Below, one piece after another: positions 38,829 to 48,331 of a stretch of 64,000 nucleotides of DNA. The notes beneath the pieces were generated by a model. The model did not search any database. It was not told the origin of the DNA and worked only from the letters and a program-made list of their open reading frames with translations. Location of the stretch: contig JAQBUT010000003.1 of NCBI GenBank assembly GCA_027623195.1, positions 1 to 64,000 of the forward strand, given 5' to 3'. A program made the position numbers and the translations under genes. How positions within the stretch are numbered: position 1 is the first letter of the stretch; every line of letters starts with the position of its first letter. Source of the stretch: Chloroflexota bacterium. Lineage in GTDB: Bacteria; Chloroflexota; Dehalococcoidia; Lucifugimonadales; JADFKI01.

Positions 38829-39380
38829 ATGAGACGCTATCAGTCCGCGATATTCACCTTGCTGTTGGCCTTAACGATGGCTGTCACCGCCGGGAGTTTT
38901 GGCCACGCTAATGCCAACGGCAGGGTCTTAGAGTTCGACAAACGTGTTGCCGGACCCTACGAAGTGGCGGTGAGCAAGATTCCTCCTACACCGGCGGTAG
39001 GCCCCTTACATCTGACGATGACGGTTACGGAGATCGCCACCGGGGCCTCCATGATTGGTGCAGAAGTAACGGTGACGGGCGTTGGCCCAGGCTCTGCGGT
39101 AGTTGAGGTTGGCCCTCTAACGGCAACCTCAGACCTGCAGGACCCGACGTACTACGATGTGGCGATGCATGTCGATCGAGTCGGCACCTGGGTTTTCACA
39201 GTGGCCGTCAGCACAGAGTTGGGCGACGGCGCCACAGAATTTCCCATAGAGGTAGTTGAGTCCAGCCCGATCACAGGAATGGTTACTGTGGTGGTGTTGA
39301 TTGGATTTGGCCTGGTGTTGGTTCTGGCCGTGAGGGCGTTTCTGAGAGAACGAAACAAGGGCAAACGTCGTAATACTTAG
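38829..39380 (+). CDS. YtkA/FixH-like exported Ig-fold protein with a C-terminal TM anchor
   Basis: Signal peptide; AGPYEV, GAEVTV, GTWVFTV; TM segment followed by a basic tail. Confidence 0.6.
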   Translation: MRRYQSAIFTLLLALTMAVTAGSFGHANANGRVLEFDKRVAGPYEVAVSKIPPTPAVGPLHLTMTVTEIATGASMIGAEVTVTGVGPGSAVVEVGPLTATSDLQDPTYYDVAMHVDRVGTWVFTVAVSTELGDGATEFPIEVVESSPITGMVTVVVLIGFGLVLVLAVRAFLRERNKGKRRNT

Positions 39381-39455
39381 CGGGGATTAGTCCAGGTTCG
39401 TGCATTGGTGAAGGCCATGCCACAGGGTCTGGAATGAAAAAGGAGACGACGCAAT

Positions 39456-40187
39456 ATGCTAAGAAATTCGTTAATTCGTAATTCGCTGGTCTGGTCTGCA
39501 GTTTTGATGGCGGCCATTTTGCTTGCCGCCTGCGGTGGTGGGGCTGGCCCTCAGGCCCGGCAGTTCGACCTGGATATTGAGCACGGGGCCGTTGAACTGG
39601 AGTCCGGTGTGATAAGCGTCACCCAGGGCGACCAGGTTACGTTGAATTTTTCCGCTGATGAGGACGGGATGGTCCACCTTCACGGCTATGATATAGAGCT
39701 TGAAGTGGGACCCGAAGAGCCCACGTCCTTCGAGTTTGCCGCCGATGCCACCGGTAGGTACAACTTCACCTTTCACGAAGGCGGCGGGGACCACCACGAT
39801 GCGGACATGGACATGAGCGCCGACGTCCACGCCTCTACGTTCGAGTCCGGCATTTTAGAGGAGGGCGACACTTTTGAGTTCGAAGTGCCTCTAGATATGC
39901 ACGAGGGTTCAATCCCGTTCCACAATCACATGACTTACGATGTAACTGGCCATATCATGGTCGACGAGGGGGCCGTAGACACCGGCACAGTGAGCATCCG
40001 GGTGAAAAGCGATGGGTCTTTTTCACCTATGGAGGTTGAGGTCCAGCCAGGGACTAACGTGTTGTGGACCAACCAAGGCCCAGACAGGGCCAGGATAACC
40101 AGCGGCAACCCGCCTACCGCCCCGGACGACGACCACGATGACGACGAGGAGATCGTTCTGGGAGCCTTGGAAGTCAGGCCAAGGTGA
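39456..40187 (+). CDS. Cupredoxin-domain lipoprotein with His/Asp-rich loops
   Basis: Lipobox LAAC; GDQVTL, VHLHGYD, GRYNFTFH, FSPMEVEVQPGTNVLWTN. Confidence 0.75.
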   Translation: MLRNSLIRNSLVWSAVLMAAILLAACGGGAGPQARQFDLDIEHGAVELESGVISVTQGDQVTLNFSADEDGMVHLHGYDIELEVGPEEPTSFEFAADATGRYNFTFHEGGGDHHDADMDMSADVHASTFESGILEEGDTFEFEVPLDMHEGSIPFHNHMTYDVTGHIMVDEGAVDTGTVSIRVKSDGSFSPMEVEVQPGTNVLWTNQGPDRARITSGNPPTAPDDDHDDDEEIVLGALEVRPR

Positions 40188-40212
40188 TGAGCGGATCGGA
40201 AGGAGTTAGTTA

Positions 40213-41754
40213 ATGCGTAAGCTATTGGCGGCGCTTATCGTTGGCGCTGCGGTTGGCCTTACTGCGTCGCCGGCGCTGGCCCATGCCTTCGGAGATAGGT
40301 ACGACCTGCCCATTCCGTTGAACTTCTTTCTGGTGGGAGGCGCGGCCACCGTCGCGCTGTCTTTTGTCGTCATAGGCATATTTGTGAAGCGGGGTTCCGA
40401 CACCATAGGTTACCCGCGATACAACCTGCTGGGAGCCGGGCTGCTGGGTACTGTTTTAGGCAGCCGAGTATTCATAGGCATTGTTCGGCTGCTGGCAGTC
40501 GCGATTTTCCTGCTGGTTCTGGCAACGTCGTTGTTCGGCACTGGCAAACCTTTGGGTAACTTGTCACCTACTTTCGTCTGGATTATCTGGTGGGTCGGCA
40601 TGGGCTACATCTCGGCGCTATTTGGCAACCTGTGGATGCTGGTCAACCCCTGGAAGATAACGTTCGAATGGGCTGTGGCCCTTGTAGGCGCGGGCGAAAG
40701 ACCAGGAGAATCTTCAGGCCTGTTCAGATATCCGGAAAGCTGGGGCGTCTGGCCCGCCATAACCCTGTTCGTCATATTCGCCTGGCTGGAGAACGTCTAC
40801 ACTGGAGCAGTTGTACCCGGCCAGTTAGGGAGGCTTATCATCCTGTACTCCCTGGTAACGTGGGCAGGCATGGTGGTCTTCGGAAAGCAGGCTTGGCTTA
40901 AGCACGGTGAAGCCTTCTCCGTGTTATTCGGCTTCTTCGCACGCTTTTCGCTGACGGAGGCAAGAACAGAAGGTAATCTGTACTGCCGTGGATGCGAGTT
41001 GGGGTGCAACCTGTCCAGGAACGACTGCGTGGACTGCTATTCCTGCTTCGAGAGGGCTGAACGGGGCCAGCGCCAGTTCAACATTCGACCCTTTGCGGTC
41101 GGCCTTGCGCCCGCTGAAACGGTCTCTATGTCCACCGCCGTCTTTGTAGTGCTGGCGTTGGCAACGGTGACCTTCGATGGGCTGCAGGAGACGCCCACAT
41201 GGGTAGCAGTGCAGACCGCCGTTATCCGGTCTTTTCCTTTCCTTGGCCGCAATGCCATCGAGATTATCGACAGCCTTGGCGTGGTTCTTGTACCGGCCAT
41301 TTTCCTGGGCGTTTACATGGTATTCGCCTCCGGCATCCGACTGCTCTCCCGCGACAGCGACACCGGTACAGGCGTTGCCAGGGCATTCGTGTTCTCCCTT
41401 GTGCCGATTGCGCTGGCGTACAACATGGCCCACTTCATATCGCTATTGCTGATACAGGGTCAGCAAATAATCCCTCTTTTGTCCAACCCGTTCGGATTCG
41501 GATGGGACCTGCTGGGCACGGCGGATTATCGCGTCAACATCGGAATCATCAACGCCAAGATTGCCTGGTTCATATCTGTAGGCGCAATAGTGTTGGGACA
41601 CATCATCTCGGTTTACATAGCTCATGTGGTGGCCCTTCGGCGGGTGGCAGACCACTCACTGGCCATAAGGGGGCAGTACCCGATGCTGTTGTTGATGGTC
41701 TTCTACACAGCCACCAGTCTATGGATACTGGCCCAGCCTATCGTGGTCTCATAG
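40213..41754 (+). CDS. Polytopic membrane protein (often annotated fenitrothion hydrolase/FedB-like) with a Cys cluster
   Basis: AHAFGDRYDLPIP, WWVG..LFGN.W..VNPW, SLVPIALAY..AH, QYPML..MV.YT; CRGCELGC..CVDCYSC. Confidence 0.75.
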   Translation: MRKLLAALIVGAAVGLTASPALAHAFGDRYDLPIPLNFFLVGGAATVALSFVVIGIFVKRGSDTIGYPRYNLLGAGLLGTVLGSRVFIGIVRLLAVAIFLLVLATSLFGTGKPLGNLSPTFVWIIWWVGMGYISALFGNLWMLVNPWKITFEWAVALVGAGERPGESSGLFRYPESWGVWPAITLFVIFAWLENVYTGAVVPGQLGRLIILYSLVTWAGMVVFGKQAWLKHGEAFSVLFGFFARFSLTEARTEGNLYCRGCELGCNLSRNDCVDCYSCFERAERGQRQFNIRPFAVGLAPAETVSMSTAVFVVLALATVTFDGLQETPTWVAVQTAVIRSFPFLGRNAIEIIDSLGVVLVPAIFLGVYMVFASGIRLLSRDSDTGTGVARAFVFSLVPIALAYNMAHFISLLLIQGQQIIPLLSNPFGFGWDLLGTADYRVNIGIINAKIAWFISVGAIVLGHIISVYIAHVVALRRVADHSLAIRGQYPMLLLMVFYTATSLWILAQPIVVS

Positions 41755-41831
41755 CGCTTGGGGGGAAGCTTGTCTTAATTTAAAGCTAATGAAATTGGGT
41801 GCTGGGTCCCGTATATTCGCGGGTTATTCAA

Positions 41832-41861
41832 TTGACCGCCCAACTGAATCCTGCCTATAAT
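41832..41861 (+). promoter_or_regulatory. Sigma70-type promoter of purF
   Basis: TTGACC-N18-TATAAT. Confidence 0.6.
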
Positions 41862-41896
41862 GCAATTGCCTGGAATTATTTAGGGGATGAATAACT

Positions 41897-43345
41897 ATCG
41901 TCTCTGACAAAGATTTTCCCTATCATAATAAGGCGCAGGACGCTACCGAGGATTATCCTCGAGAGGCCTGCGGCGTTGTAGGGGTTTATTCTAGAACTGA
42001 AGATGTCGCCAGGGTGGCGTTCTTCGGACTTTACGCCCTCCAGCATCGCGGCCAGGAGAGCGCTGGCATATCGGTCGGGGACGGCAACACCATAAGGCTC
42101 AGAACCTCGATGGGCCTGGTGGGCCAAGCCTTCCAGGAAGACGATCTCTCCACACTCACCGGTCACATTTCCATCGGCCACACAAGGTACTCTACCACCG
42201 GCAGCAGCAACCTAGATAACGCCCAGCCAATCATATCCAAAGGCCCAGGCGTAACATTGGCCTTGGCCCATAATGGCAACGTAATCAATGCTATGGATCT
42301 CAAGAAGGACTTGGCAGAGTGGGGCTGTACCTTCAAAGGCACCAACGACTCAGAAATTATCGCGCATCTTCTTAGCAACGCTCCGGCATCCAACTGGCAA
42401 GAGCGAATTGCATACTGTATGCGCCGCCTTGAGGGCGCATACGCCCTGACCGTCATGACGAAGAACGAGTTGCTGGGCATCAGGGACCCGCTAGGCGTAA
42501 GGCCTCTGTGCATCGGCAAGTTCCACGATGGATGGGTGCTGGCCTCTGAGTCGTGTGCGCTGGATCACATCGGGGCCCAGTTCATACGTGACGTTGAGCC
42601 CGGAGAGGCCGTACTGATAAATGATACCGGCCTGCACACTATCTACAAGCGGGATAGCGTAACTGACCGCTCCGCAGGCTGCATGTTCGAGTACATCTAC
42701 TTTGCGAGGCCGGATAGTATCCTCAGTGGCAAACTGGTCTACTCGACGCGAATGGCTATGGGTGCCGAGCTAGCTAAAGAGTACGCAATAGACGCGGATA
42801 TCGTCATAGGGGTGCCGGACTCCGCTATCGCGGCGGCGGTAGGGTATTCCCGGGAATCGGGTATTCCATTCGGAGAAGGCCTAGTAAAGAATCGGTACGT
42901 CGGCCGCACCTTCATCCAGCCTGACCAGCGTATGCGAGACCTGGGCGTTCGGCGAAAGCTGAATACCCTTCCGGAGTTGATTAAAGACAAGCGCATCATT
43001 GTCGTGGACGATAGTATTGTGCGCGGCACCACTACTCCTCACGTCGTTGACCTTCTGAAGAAGGGCGGCGCTAAAGAGGTTCACCTTCGCATCTGCGCTC
43101 CGCCGATCATTTCCCCTTGCCACTTCGGCGTAGACATGGCCACCCGCAGGGAGCTTATCGCTGCCAATATGTCTGTGGAAGAGATACGAGAGTTCGTAGG
43201 CGCCGACTCCTTGGGCTACCTGAGCCATGAGGGGCTTCTGCGAGCGGTCAAGACCTCCAAGGATCGCGTTTGTATGGCCTGCTTCACCGGGGAGTACCCG
43301 ATTCCCGTGCAGTTGGAAATGGACAAGCTGGCTCTGGAAGTCTAA
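41897..43345 (+). CDS. purF: Amidophosphoribosyltransferase (start codon non-canonical or uncertain)
   Basis: In-frame PREACGVVG (Cys codon 41969) upstream of the listed ORF; LQHRGQESAG, GHTRYST, HNGN, VVDDSIVRGTT. Confidence 0.95.
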   Translation: MVSDKDFPYHNKAQDATEDYPREACGVVGVYSRTEDVARVAFFGLYALQHRGQESAGISVGDGNTIRLRTSMGLVGQAFQEDDLSTLTGHISIGHTRYSTTGSSNLDNAQPIISKGPGVTLALAHNGNVINAMDLKKDLAEWGCTFKGTNDSEIIAHLLSNAPASNWQERIAYCMRRLEGAYALTVMTKNELLGIRDPLGVRPLCIGKFHDGWVLASESCALDHIGAQFIRDVEPGEAVLINDTGLHTIYKRDSVTDRSAGCMFEYIYFARPDSILSGKLVYSTRMAMGAELAKEYAIDADIVIGVPDSAIAAAVGYSRESGIPFGEGLVKNRYVGRTFIQPDQRMRDLGVRRKLNTLPELIKDKRIIVVDDSIVRGTTTPHVVDLLKKGGAKEVHLRICAPPIISPCHFGVDMATRRELIAANMSVEEIREFVGADSLGYLSHEGLLRAVKTSKDRVCMACFTGEYPIPVQLEMDKLALEV

Positions 43346-43561
43346 GCCACAAGCAATCGGATCTGAATCCATCGGGTATAACCTCTTTTTGTCCCGTTCA
43401 TACGCTCTCCTAGCGCTACGGCGGACTTCTCTCGGAATGACACGCATGGGTGGGCTAACGCCTTCTGCCTCCGCATGACATCTGGATTCCCAGAAATAAT
43501 CGTTCCATTGAAGCCATTTCTGTTGCATACTTAAGGTGCGAATCACGCGGCGGAGGGCGAA

Positions 43562-44182
43562 TTGCGACTGGGTGTTCTGGCGTCTCACGGCGGAACCAAC
43601 CTGCAGGCCATAATGGACGCCTGCAACCAGGGCCGCCTGGACGCAGATGTGGCGGTTGTAATAAGCAACAACTCCAACTCCACCGCCCTACTGCGAGCCA
43701 GGAAAGGCTCTATACCCGCGTACCACATCAGTAGCGCTAATCCGCAGCCGACTCTTGAAGACTTTGCCATTCAGGATGCTCTCCAGAAGCACCAGGTTGA
43801 GTTGGTGGTGCTGGCCGGCTACATGAAGATGCTGGGCCCGGAAACGCTGGTATCGTATCGCAATCGTGTGCTAAATAGCCATCCGGCGTTGCTGCCCAAA
43901 TTCGGCGGCAAGGGGATGTACGGAACTCACGTCCACGAGGCCGTAGTGAAGGCTGGCGAAAGGGTCACTGGCGTTACAATTCATCTGGTGGATGACCAGT
44001 ATGACCACGGCGCGGCTGTAGCTCAATGCATCGTTCCCGTGCTACCGGAGGACACCGTTGCTGATTTAGAGGAGCGGGTAAAGGAGCGGGAGCGCCTGTT
44101 TTGGATAGAGGTGCTTCAGAAGATTTCCTCATCCGAAATAGACCTGGATAACGTCGCAACATTAGCCGCTGAAGCGAAATAA
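43562..44182 (+). CDS. purN: Phosphoribosylglycinamide formyltransferase
   Basis: ASHGGTNLQAI, LAGYM, LNSHPALLPKFGG, YDHG. Confidence 0.95.
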   Translation: MRLGVLASHGGTNLQAIMDACNQGRLDADVAVVISNNSNSTALLRARKGSIPAYHISSANPQPTLEDFAIQDALQKHQVELVVLAGYMKMLGPETLVSYRNRVLNSHPALLPKFGGKGMYGTHVHEAVVKAGERVTGVTIHLVDDQYDHGAAVAQCIVPVLPEDTVADLEERVKERERLFWIEVLQKISSSEIDLDNVATLAAEAK

Positions 44183-44234
44183 ATGTCGAGTATGAAAGCA
44201 CTCCCGACTCTGGCGAGGGCCGGTTAGGACAGGC

Positions 44235-45248
44235 ATGACAGAGCAGACTTACAGAGCAGCTGGAGTAAACCTGGACGCTGCGCAGGACGTCAAGGAGCGC
44301 ATCGGCGCTATCGTGAAGCCTACGCACGGGCCGCAAGTGTTGGGCGGCGTGGGTGGATTTGGCGCCATGTACCAGTTGGCCGGATATCGCGACCCTGTCT
44401 TGGTATCCAGCACCGACGGCGTTGGCACCAAATTGAAGCTGGCCATCATGTTGGGCAGGTACGACACCATCGGCGAGGACCTTGTGAACGCCTGCGTGAA
44501 CGATATTATCGTGTGCGGCGCAAAGCCCTTGTTCTTTCTGGACTACCTGGCAGTGGCGGAACTGGAACAGCCTGTCGTTGAAGCTCTAATTCAAGGCATG
44601 GCCCGCGCATGCTCAGAGGTCGATTGCGCCCTAATAGGCGGCGAGACGGCCCAGATGCCTGGCCTTTACAACCGGGGTGATTTCGATATGGCCGGGTTTG
44701 TAGTGGGTGCTGTGGAGCGAGACCAGATTCTGGACGGCTCAACTATCAAGGACGGCGATGTGCTGATAGGCCTGCCTTCCAACGGACTTCATACTAACGG
44801 CTACTCGCTGGTTCGGCTTGTGCTGGGCCTGGACGAGGACCAGTCGCCTCTCTCAGAGCAGGTGCCGGAGTTGGGCAAGACGCTGGGCGAGGCGCTGCTC
44901 ATGCCCCATCCCTCTTACTACGCCGCGTTGGCAGGCGTATTGCCCTCATTGAAAGGCATGGCTCATATCACGGGCGGCGGCCTTATCGAGAATGTGCCCA
45001 GGGTGCTGCCCGATGGCGTCTCGGCTCGATTCGATACGTCTACGTGGTCCGTGCCGCCGATCTTCACCTTGCTGCAGGAGCGCAGCAGCGTAACCCGCGA
45101 CGAGATGTACCGGGTTTTCAATATGGGCCTGGGCATGGTGCTCGCTTGCGACCCGGCTGTGGCCGATGACGTCGTTCGCCAGGTGCCAGACGCCATGGTG
45201 GTAGGCGAGGTCTTTGCCTCTACCGACGACGCCCGCGTGGTTCTTTAA
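44235..45248 (+). CDS. purM: AIR synthetase
   Basis: TYRAAGV, STDGVGTK, PLFFLDY, GGETAQMPG, SNGLHTNGYSL, HITGGG, FNMG. Confidence 0.97.
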   Translation: MTEQTYRAAGVNLDAAQDVKERIGAIVKPTHGPQVLGGVGGFGAMYQLAGYRDPVLVSSTDGVGTKLKLAIMLGRYDTIGEDLVNACVNDIIVCGAKPLFFLDYLAVAELEQPVVEALIQGMARACSEVDCALIGGETAQMPGLYNRGDFDMAGFVVGAVERDQILDGSTIKDGDVLIGLPSNGLHTNGYSLVRLVLGLDEDQSPLSEQVPELGKTLGEALLMPHPSYYAALAGVLPSLKGMAHITGGGLIENVPRVLPDGVSARFDTSTWSVPPIFTLLQERSSVTRDEMYRVFNMGLGMVLACDPAVADDVVRQVPDAMVVGEVFASTDDARVVL

Positions 45249-45273
45249 TTGCTAATTCTCCTGGGGATTTGAA

Positions 45274-46809
45274 ATGAAAGCCCTTCTCAGCGTCTACGAT
45301 AAGACAGGTCTGCCCAACTTTGCCGCCGTTCTTAGCCAGAGTGGCTTCGAGTTGGTCAGCACGGGCGGCACCGCTTCGGCAATATCTAGTGCAGGCCTAC
45401 CCGTGCAAGAGGTGGCAGACCTCACAGGCTTTCCCGAGATCCTGGATGGCCGGGTGAAGACCCTGCATCCTGCGATATACGGCGGCATTCTCGCCCGCCG
45501 CGACCTGGAAAGTCACACGCAGCAGCTACAGCAGCATGGCATTGCGCCCATCCACATCGTCGTAGGCAACCTCTATCCCTTCGTGGATACGGTCAGCCGC
45601 GACGGCGCCACGCTGGAGGATGCGCTGGAGAACATCGATATCGGCGGCCCCACCATGATTCGCGCCGCCGCCAAGAATTTTCCGGATGTCATCGTAGTCG
45701 TCGATCCTGCAGACTATGGTTGGATAGGCGAGAAGCTATCCAACGTGGGTCGTTCCCAAAACGCTCTTTCCCTGGCCGAGCGCAAGGCGCTAGCTTGTAA
45801 GGCATTCCAGCACGTTGCCCTCTACGATACCGCCGTTTCTCAGTACCTTGGCGACGGAGATGTTCTCTCACAGGAAGAAATCACCCTGGGATTTAACAGA
45901 GTCAACGAGTTACGCTATGGCGAGAACCCGCACCAGAGGGCGTCACTTTACACCGCGCCTCTTTCGACGGGCGGCATCGTCCGTGCAAAGCAGTTACACG
46001 GGATAGACATGTCCTTCACGAATATTCTGGATGCTGACGCTGCGTGGAAGGCCGTCTTGGACTTCGCTGAGCCCGCCGTGGCTGTAGTCAAGCACACCAA
46101 CCCTTGCGGACTGGCCGTGCACGAAGACCAACCCACGGCTTACCAGCGCGCTTTCGAGGGCGACGCCGTTTCGGCTTACGGGGGCATCATCGCCTTCAAC
46201 CGGGAACTCAACGTGGTCACCGCCGAAACCATGCGCGGCGTGCTTTACGATATAATCATCGCCCCGTCGTACCAGAATGGCGCTCTGGATATCCTTCGTA
46301 AGCGGCGCAGGACCCGCGTGTTGCAGATTGACCCGGCATCGGGCCCTCAGGAGGGGCTGGACGTCAGACTGGTGTCCGGCGGAGCGCTAGTGCAGCTGGT
46401 GGACGACCTAGAAGAAGCCCCCGATTCGTGGAAGGTGGTAACCAGCCGAAAGCCAACCGACGCTGAGATGGCCGACCTTGCATTCGCGTGGAGGGCCGCC
46501 AAGCACATCAAGTCCAACACCATCGTTCTTGCCAAGGACAGGACGCTGGTGGGCATGGGGGCGGGCCAGCCTAACCGGGTGGTAAGCGTTCACCTGGCAC
46601 TGCGTATCGCCGAGGATAAGGCAAAGGGCAGCGTGTTGGCTTCTGACGCATTCTTTCCATTCGCAGACAGCATCGAGATGGCCGTCCAGGGCGGCATCAC
46701 GGCAATTGCCCAACCCGGTGGTTCCATCCGTGACGACGAGGTCATCGCAGAGGCGGATAAGCAGGGTATTGCCATGGTGTTCACCGGCGTCCGGCACTTC
46801 AAGCACTAG
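45274..46809 (+). CDS. purH: Bifunctional AICAR transformylase/IMP cyclohydrolase
   Basis: [51 protein letters not shown]. Confidence 0.97.
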   Translation: MKALLSVYDKTGLPNFAAVLSQSGFELVSTGGTASAISSAGLPVQEVADLTGFPEILDGRVKTLHPAIYGGILARRDLESHTQQLQQHGIAPIHIVVGNLYPFVDTVSRDGATLEDALENIDIGGPTMIRAAAKNFPDVIVVVDPADYGWIGEKLSNVGRSQNALSLAERKALACKAFQHVALYDTAVSQYLGDGDVLSQEEITLGFNRVNELRYGENPHQRASLYTAPLSTGGIVRAKQLHGIDMSFTNILDADAAWKAVLDFAEPAVAVVKHTNPCGLAVHEDQPTAYQRAFEGDAVSAYGGIIAFNRELNVVTAETMRGVLYDIIIAPSYQNGALDILRKRRRTRVLQIDPASGPQEGLDVRLVSGGALVQLVDDLEEAPDSWKVVTSRKPTDAEMADLAFAWRAAKHIKSNTIVLAKDRTLVGMGAGQPNRVVSVHLALRIAEDKAKGSVLASDAFFPFADSIEMAVQGGITAIAQPGGSIRDDEVIAEADKQGIAMVFTGVRHFKH

Positions 46810-46817
46810 GAGCGCGG

Positions 46818-47609
46818 TTGGTGAGCCAGATGCCATCGGAAGCCACAGAATCCAGCCTGACCTCCTTGGATATAGTGCTGCCTGTGCTCAACGAAGAGCT
46901 TGATCTGCCGGTCAACGCGAAAGCCCTGCACGGCTTCATGGCGGAGCACTTTCAAAAATACCAGTGGCGCATTGTTGTGGCTGACAACGGCTCCACGGAC
47001 TCCACCCTGGACATCGCGAAACAGCTCTCGCAGGAATTCCCACGAATCGACTACATGAGCCTGGAACAGCGAGGCCGAGGCCGTGCACTTCGCCGCGCCT
47101 GGACTGAAAGCACAGCGGACGTTGTCGGTTACATGGATGTTGACCTGTCCACGGACCTGGAAGCGTTGCCTGCCCTGGTCGATGCCGTGCGAGATGGGGA
47201 GTGTGATATCGCTACCGGGTCCAGGCTAATACGGGGCGCCGAGGTGGAGCGCAGGCCTTTCAAGCGAGAGGTGGCCTCCAGAGGATATAGCCTGGTATTC
47301 AGGTCCATGTTCTTTACGCAATTTCGGGACGCACAGTGCGGCTTCAAGGTTCTGAACCGGCGCACCGTAAGAGATATTGTTCCGCTAGTCAGCGACAATC
47401 GCTGGTTCTTCGATACGGAGATGCTAATTCTGGCGGAAAAGAACGGCTACGTTGTCCTTGAATTCCCTGTAAAGTGGACGGATGACCCAGACACCCGCGT
47501 TAAGATCGTCGGCACAGCCTACGAGGATGTAAAAGGCCTTTTGCGCCTTCGGTTTCGTGGTCTTGCCAAGCCTACACGAGATTCCGGCGATGCAACCCCC
47601 CACGTCTAG
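46818..47609 (+). CDS. Family 2 glycosyltransferase (dolichyl-phosphate glucosyltransferase-like)
   Basis: LPVLNEE, DNGSTD, GRGRAL, YMDVDLS, DAQCGFK, WFFDTE. Confidence 0.9.
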   Translation: MVSQMPSEATESSLTSLDIVLPVLNEELDLPVNAKALHGFMAEHFQKYQWRIVVADNGSTDSTLDIAKQLSQEFPRIDYMSLEQRGRGRALRRAWTESTADVVGYMDVDLSTDLEALPALVDAVRDGECDIATGSRLIRGAEVERRPFKREVASRGYSLVFRSMFFTQFRDAQCGFKVLNRRTVRDIVPLVSDNRWFFDTEMLILAEKNGYVVLEFPVKWTDDPDTRVKIVGTAYEDVKGLLRLRFRGLAKPTRDSGDATPHV

Positions 47610-47733
47610 CATAACCAGCTTTGACTGCTCGAGAACTGTATTGAAGTAATTCTACCGGGGGCGTTAACATATGCCTTTCAATGAATTACATTAGTTATAG
47701 GAACGTAGCTAGCTACCGCCGAGGTTTAACGGC

Positions 47734-48264
47734 ATGGCCAATGTCGTAGTTGTAATAGATATGGTCAAGGGCTTCCTTCAAGAGGGCAATAACCTGTACT
47801 GCGGTGATGACGCCAGGGGTATCATTCCCAATGTCCAGCGTCTAATCGAGCGGGAGCAGGCTGAAGGCGGCGTCGTCTTGTTCCTGTGCGACACGCACGA
47901 CCCAGACGACCTGGAGTTCGAAATGTTCCCCGTACATTGCGTTCGTGGCACCGAGGAGCCTGAGGTTATTCCTGAGCTTGCTGGTTACGAAGGCCGGATT
48001 ATCGCCAAGCGCCGGTACAGCGCGTTCTTCGAGACGGATCTGGAGAAAACGCTTCAGTCGCTCCGGCCCGAGAAGGTTATTATCTGTGGCGTTTGCACTG
48101 ACATATGCGTTATGCATACGGCGGCTGACGCGAGGAATCGCGATTACAGGGTTGAGATGCCTACGGACTGCGTGGCGTCCTTCGATCAGAATGCTCACAT
48201 AAATGCCCTGCAGCACATGGAAAAAATCCTGGGTGTGACTCTGACAGAGTCAACGCAGCCCTAG
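47734..48264 (+). CDS. pncA: Isochorismatase-family cysteine hydrolase, probable nicotinamidase
   Basis: VIDM, DTHDPDD, FPVHC, KRRYSAF, GVCTDICV; adjacent to a NAPRTase-like gene. Confidence 0.8.
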   Translation: MANVVVVIDMVKGFLQEGNNLYCGDDARGIIPNVQRLIEREQAEGGVVLFLCDTHDPDDLEFEMFPVHCVRGTEEPEVIPELAGYEGRIIAKRRYSAFFETDLEKTLQSLRPEKVIICGVCTDICVMHTAADARNRDYRVEMPTDCVASFDQNAHINALQHMEKILGVTLTESTQP

Positions 48265-48331
48265 AAAAATGCAGACCTTCCCATGCGGAGAAGCGTGGGC
48301 ACCCCGTTTTTGGGGCGTAAAGTGAAAGTAA

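Noticed and set aside
43370..43445. Third REP family (GTCATTCCGAG-type), with weak echoes near positions 8-22 and 3252-3266
   Set aside because: Similarity is limited to about 10 nt and the palindromes are decayed
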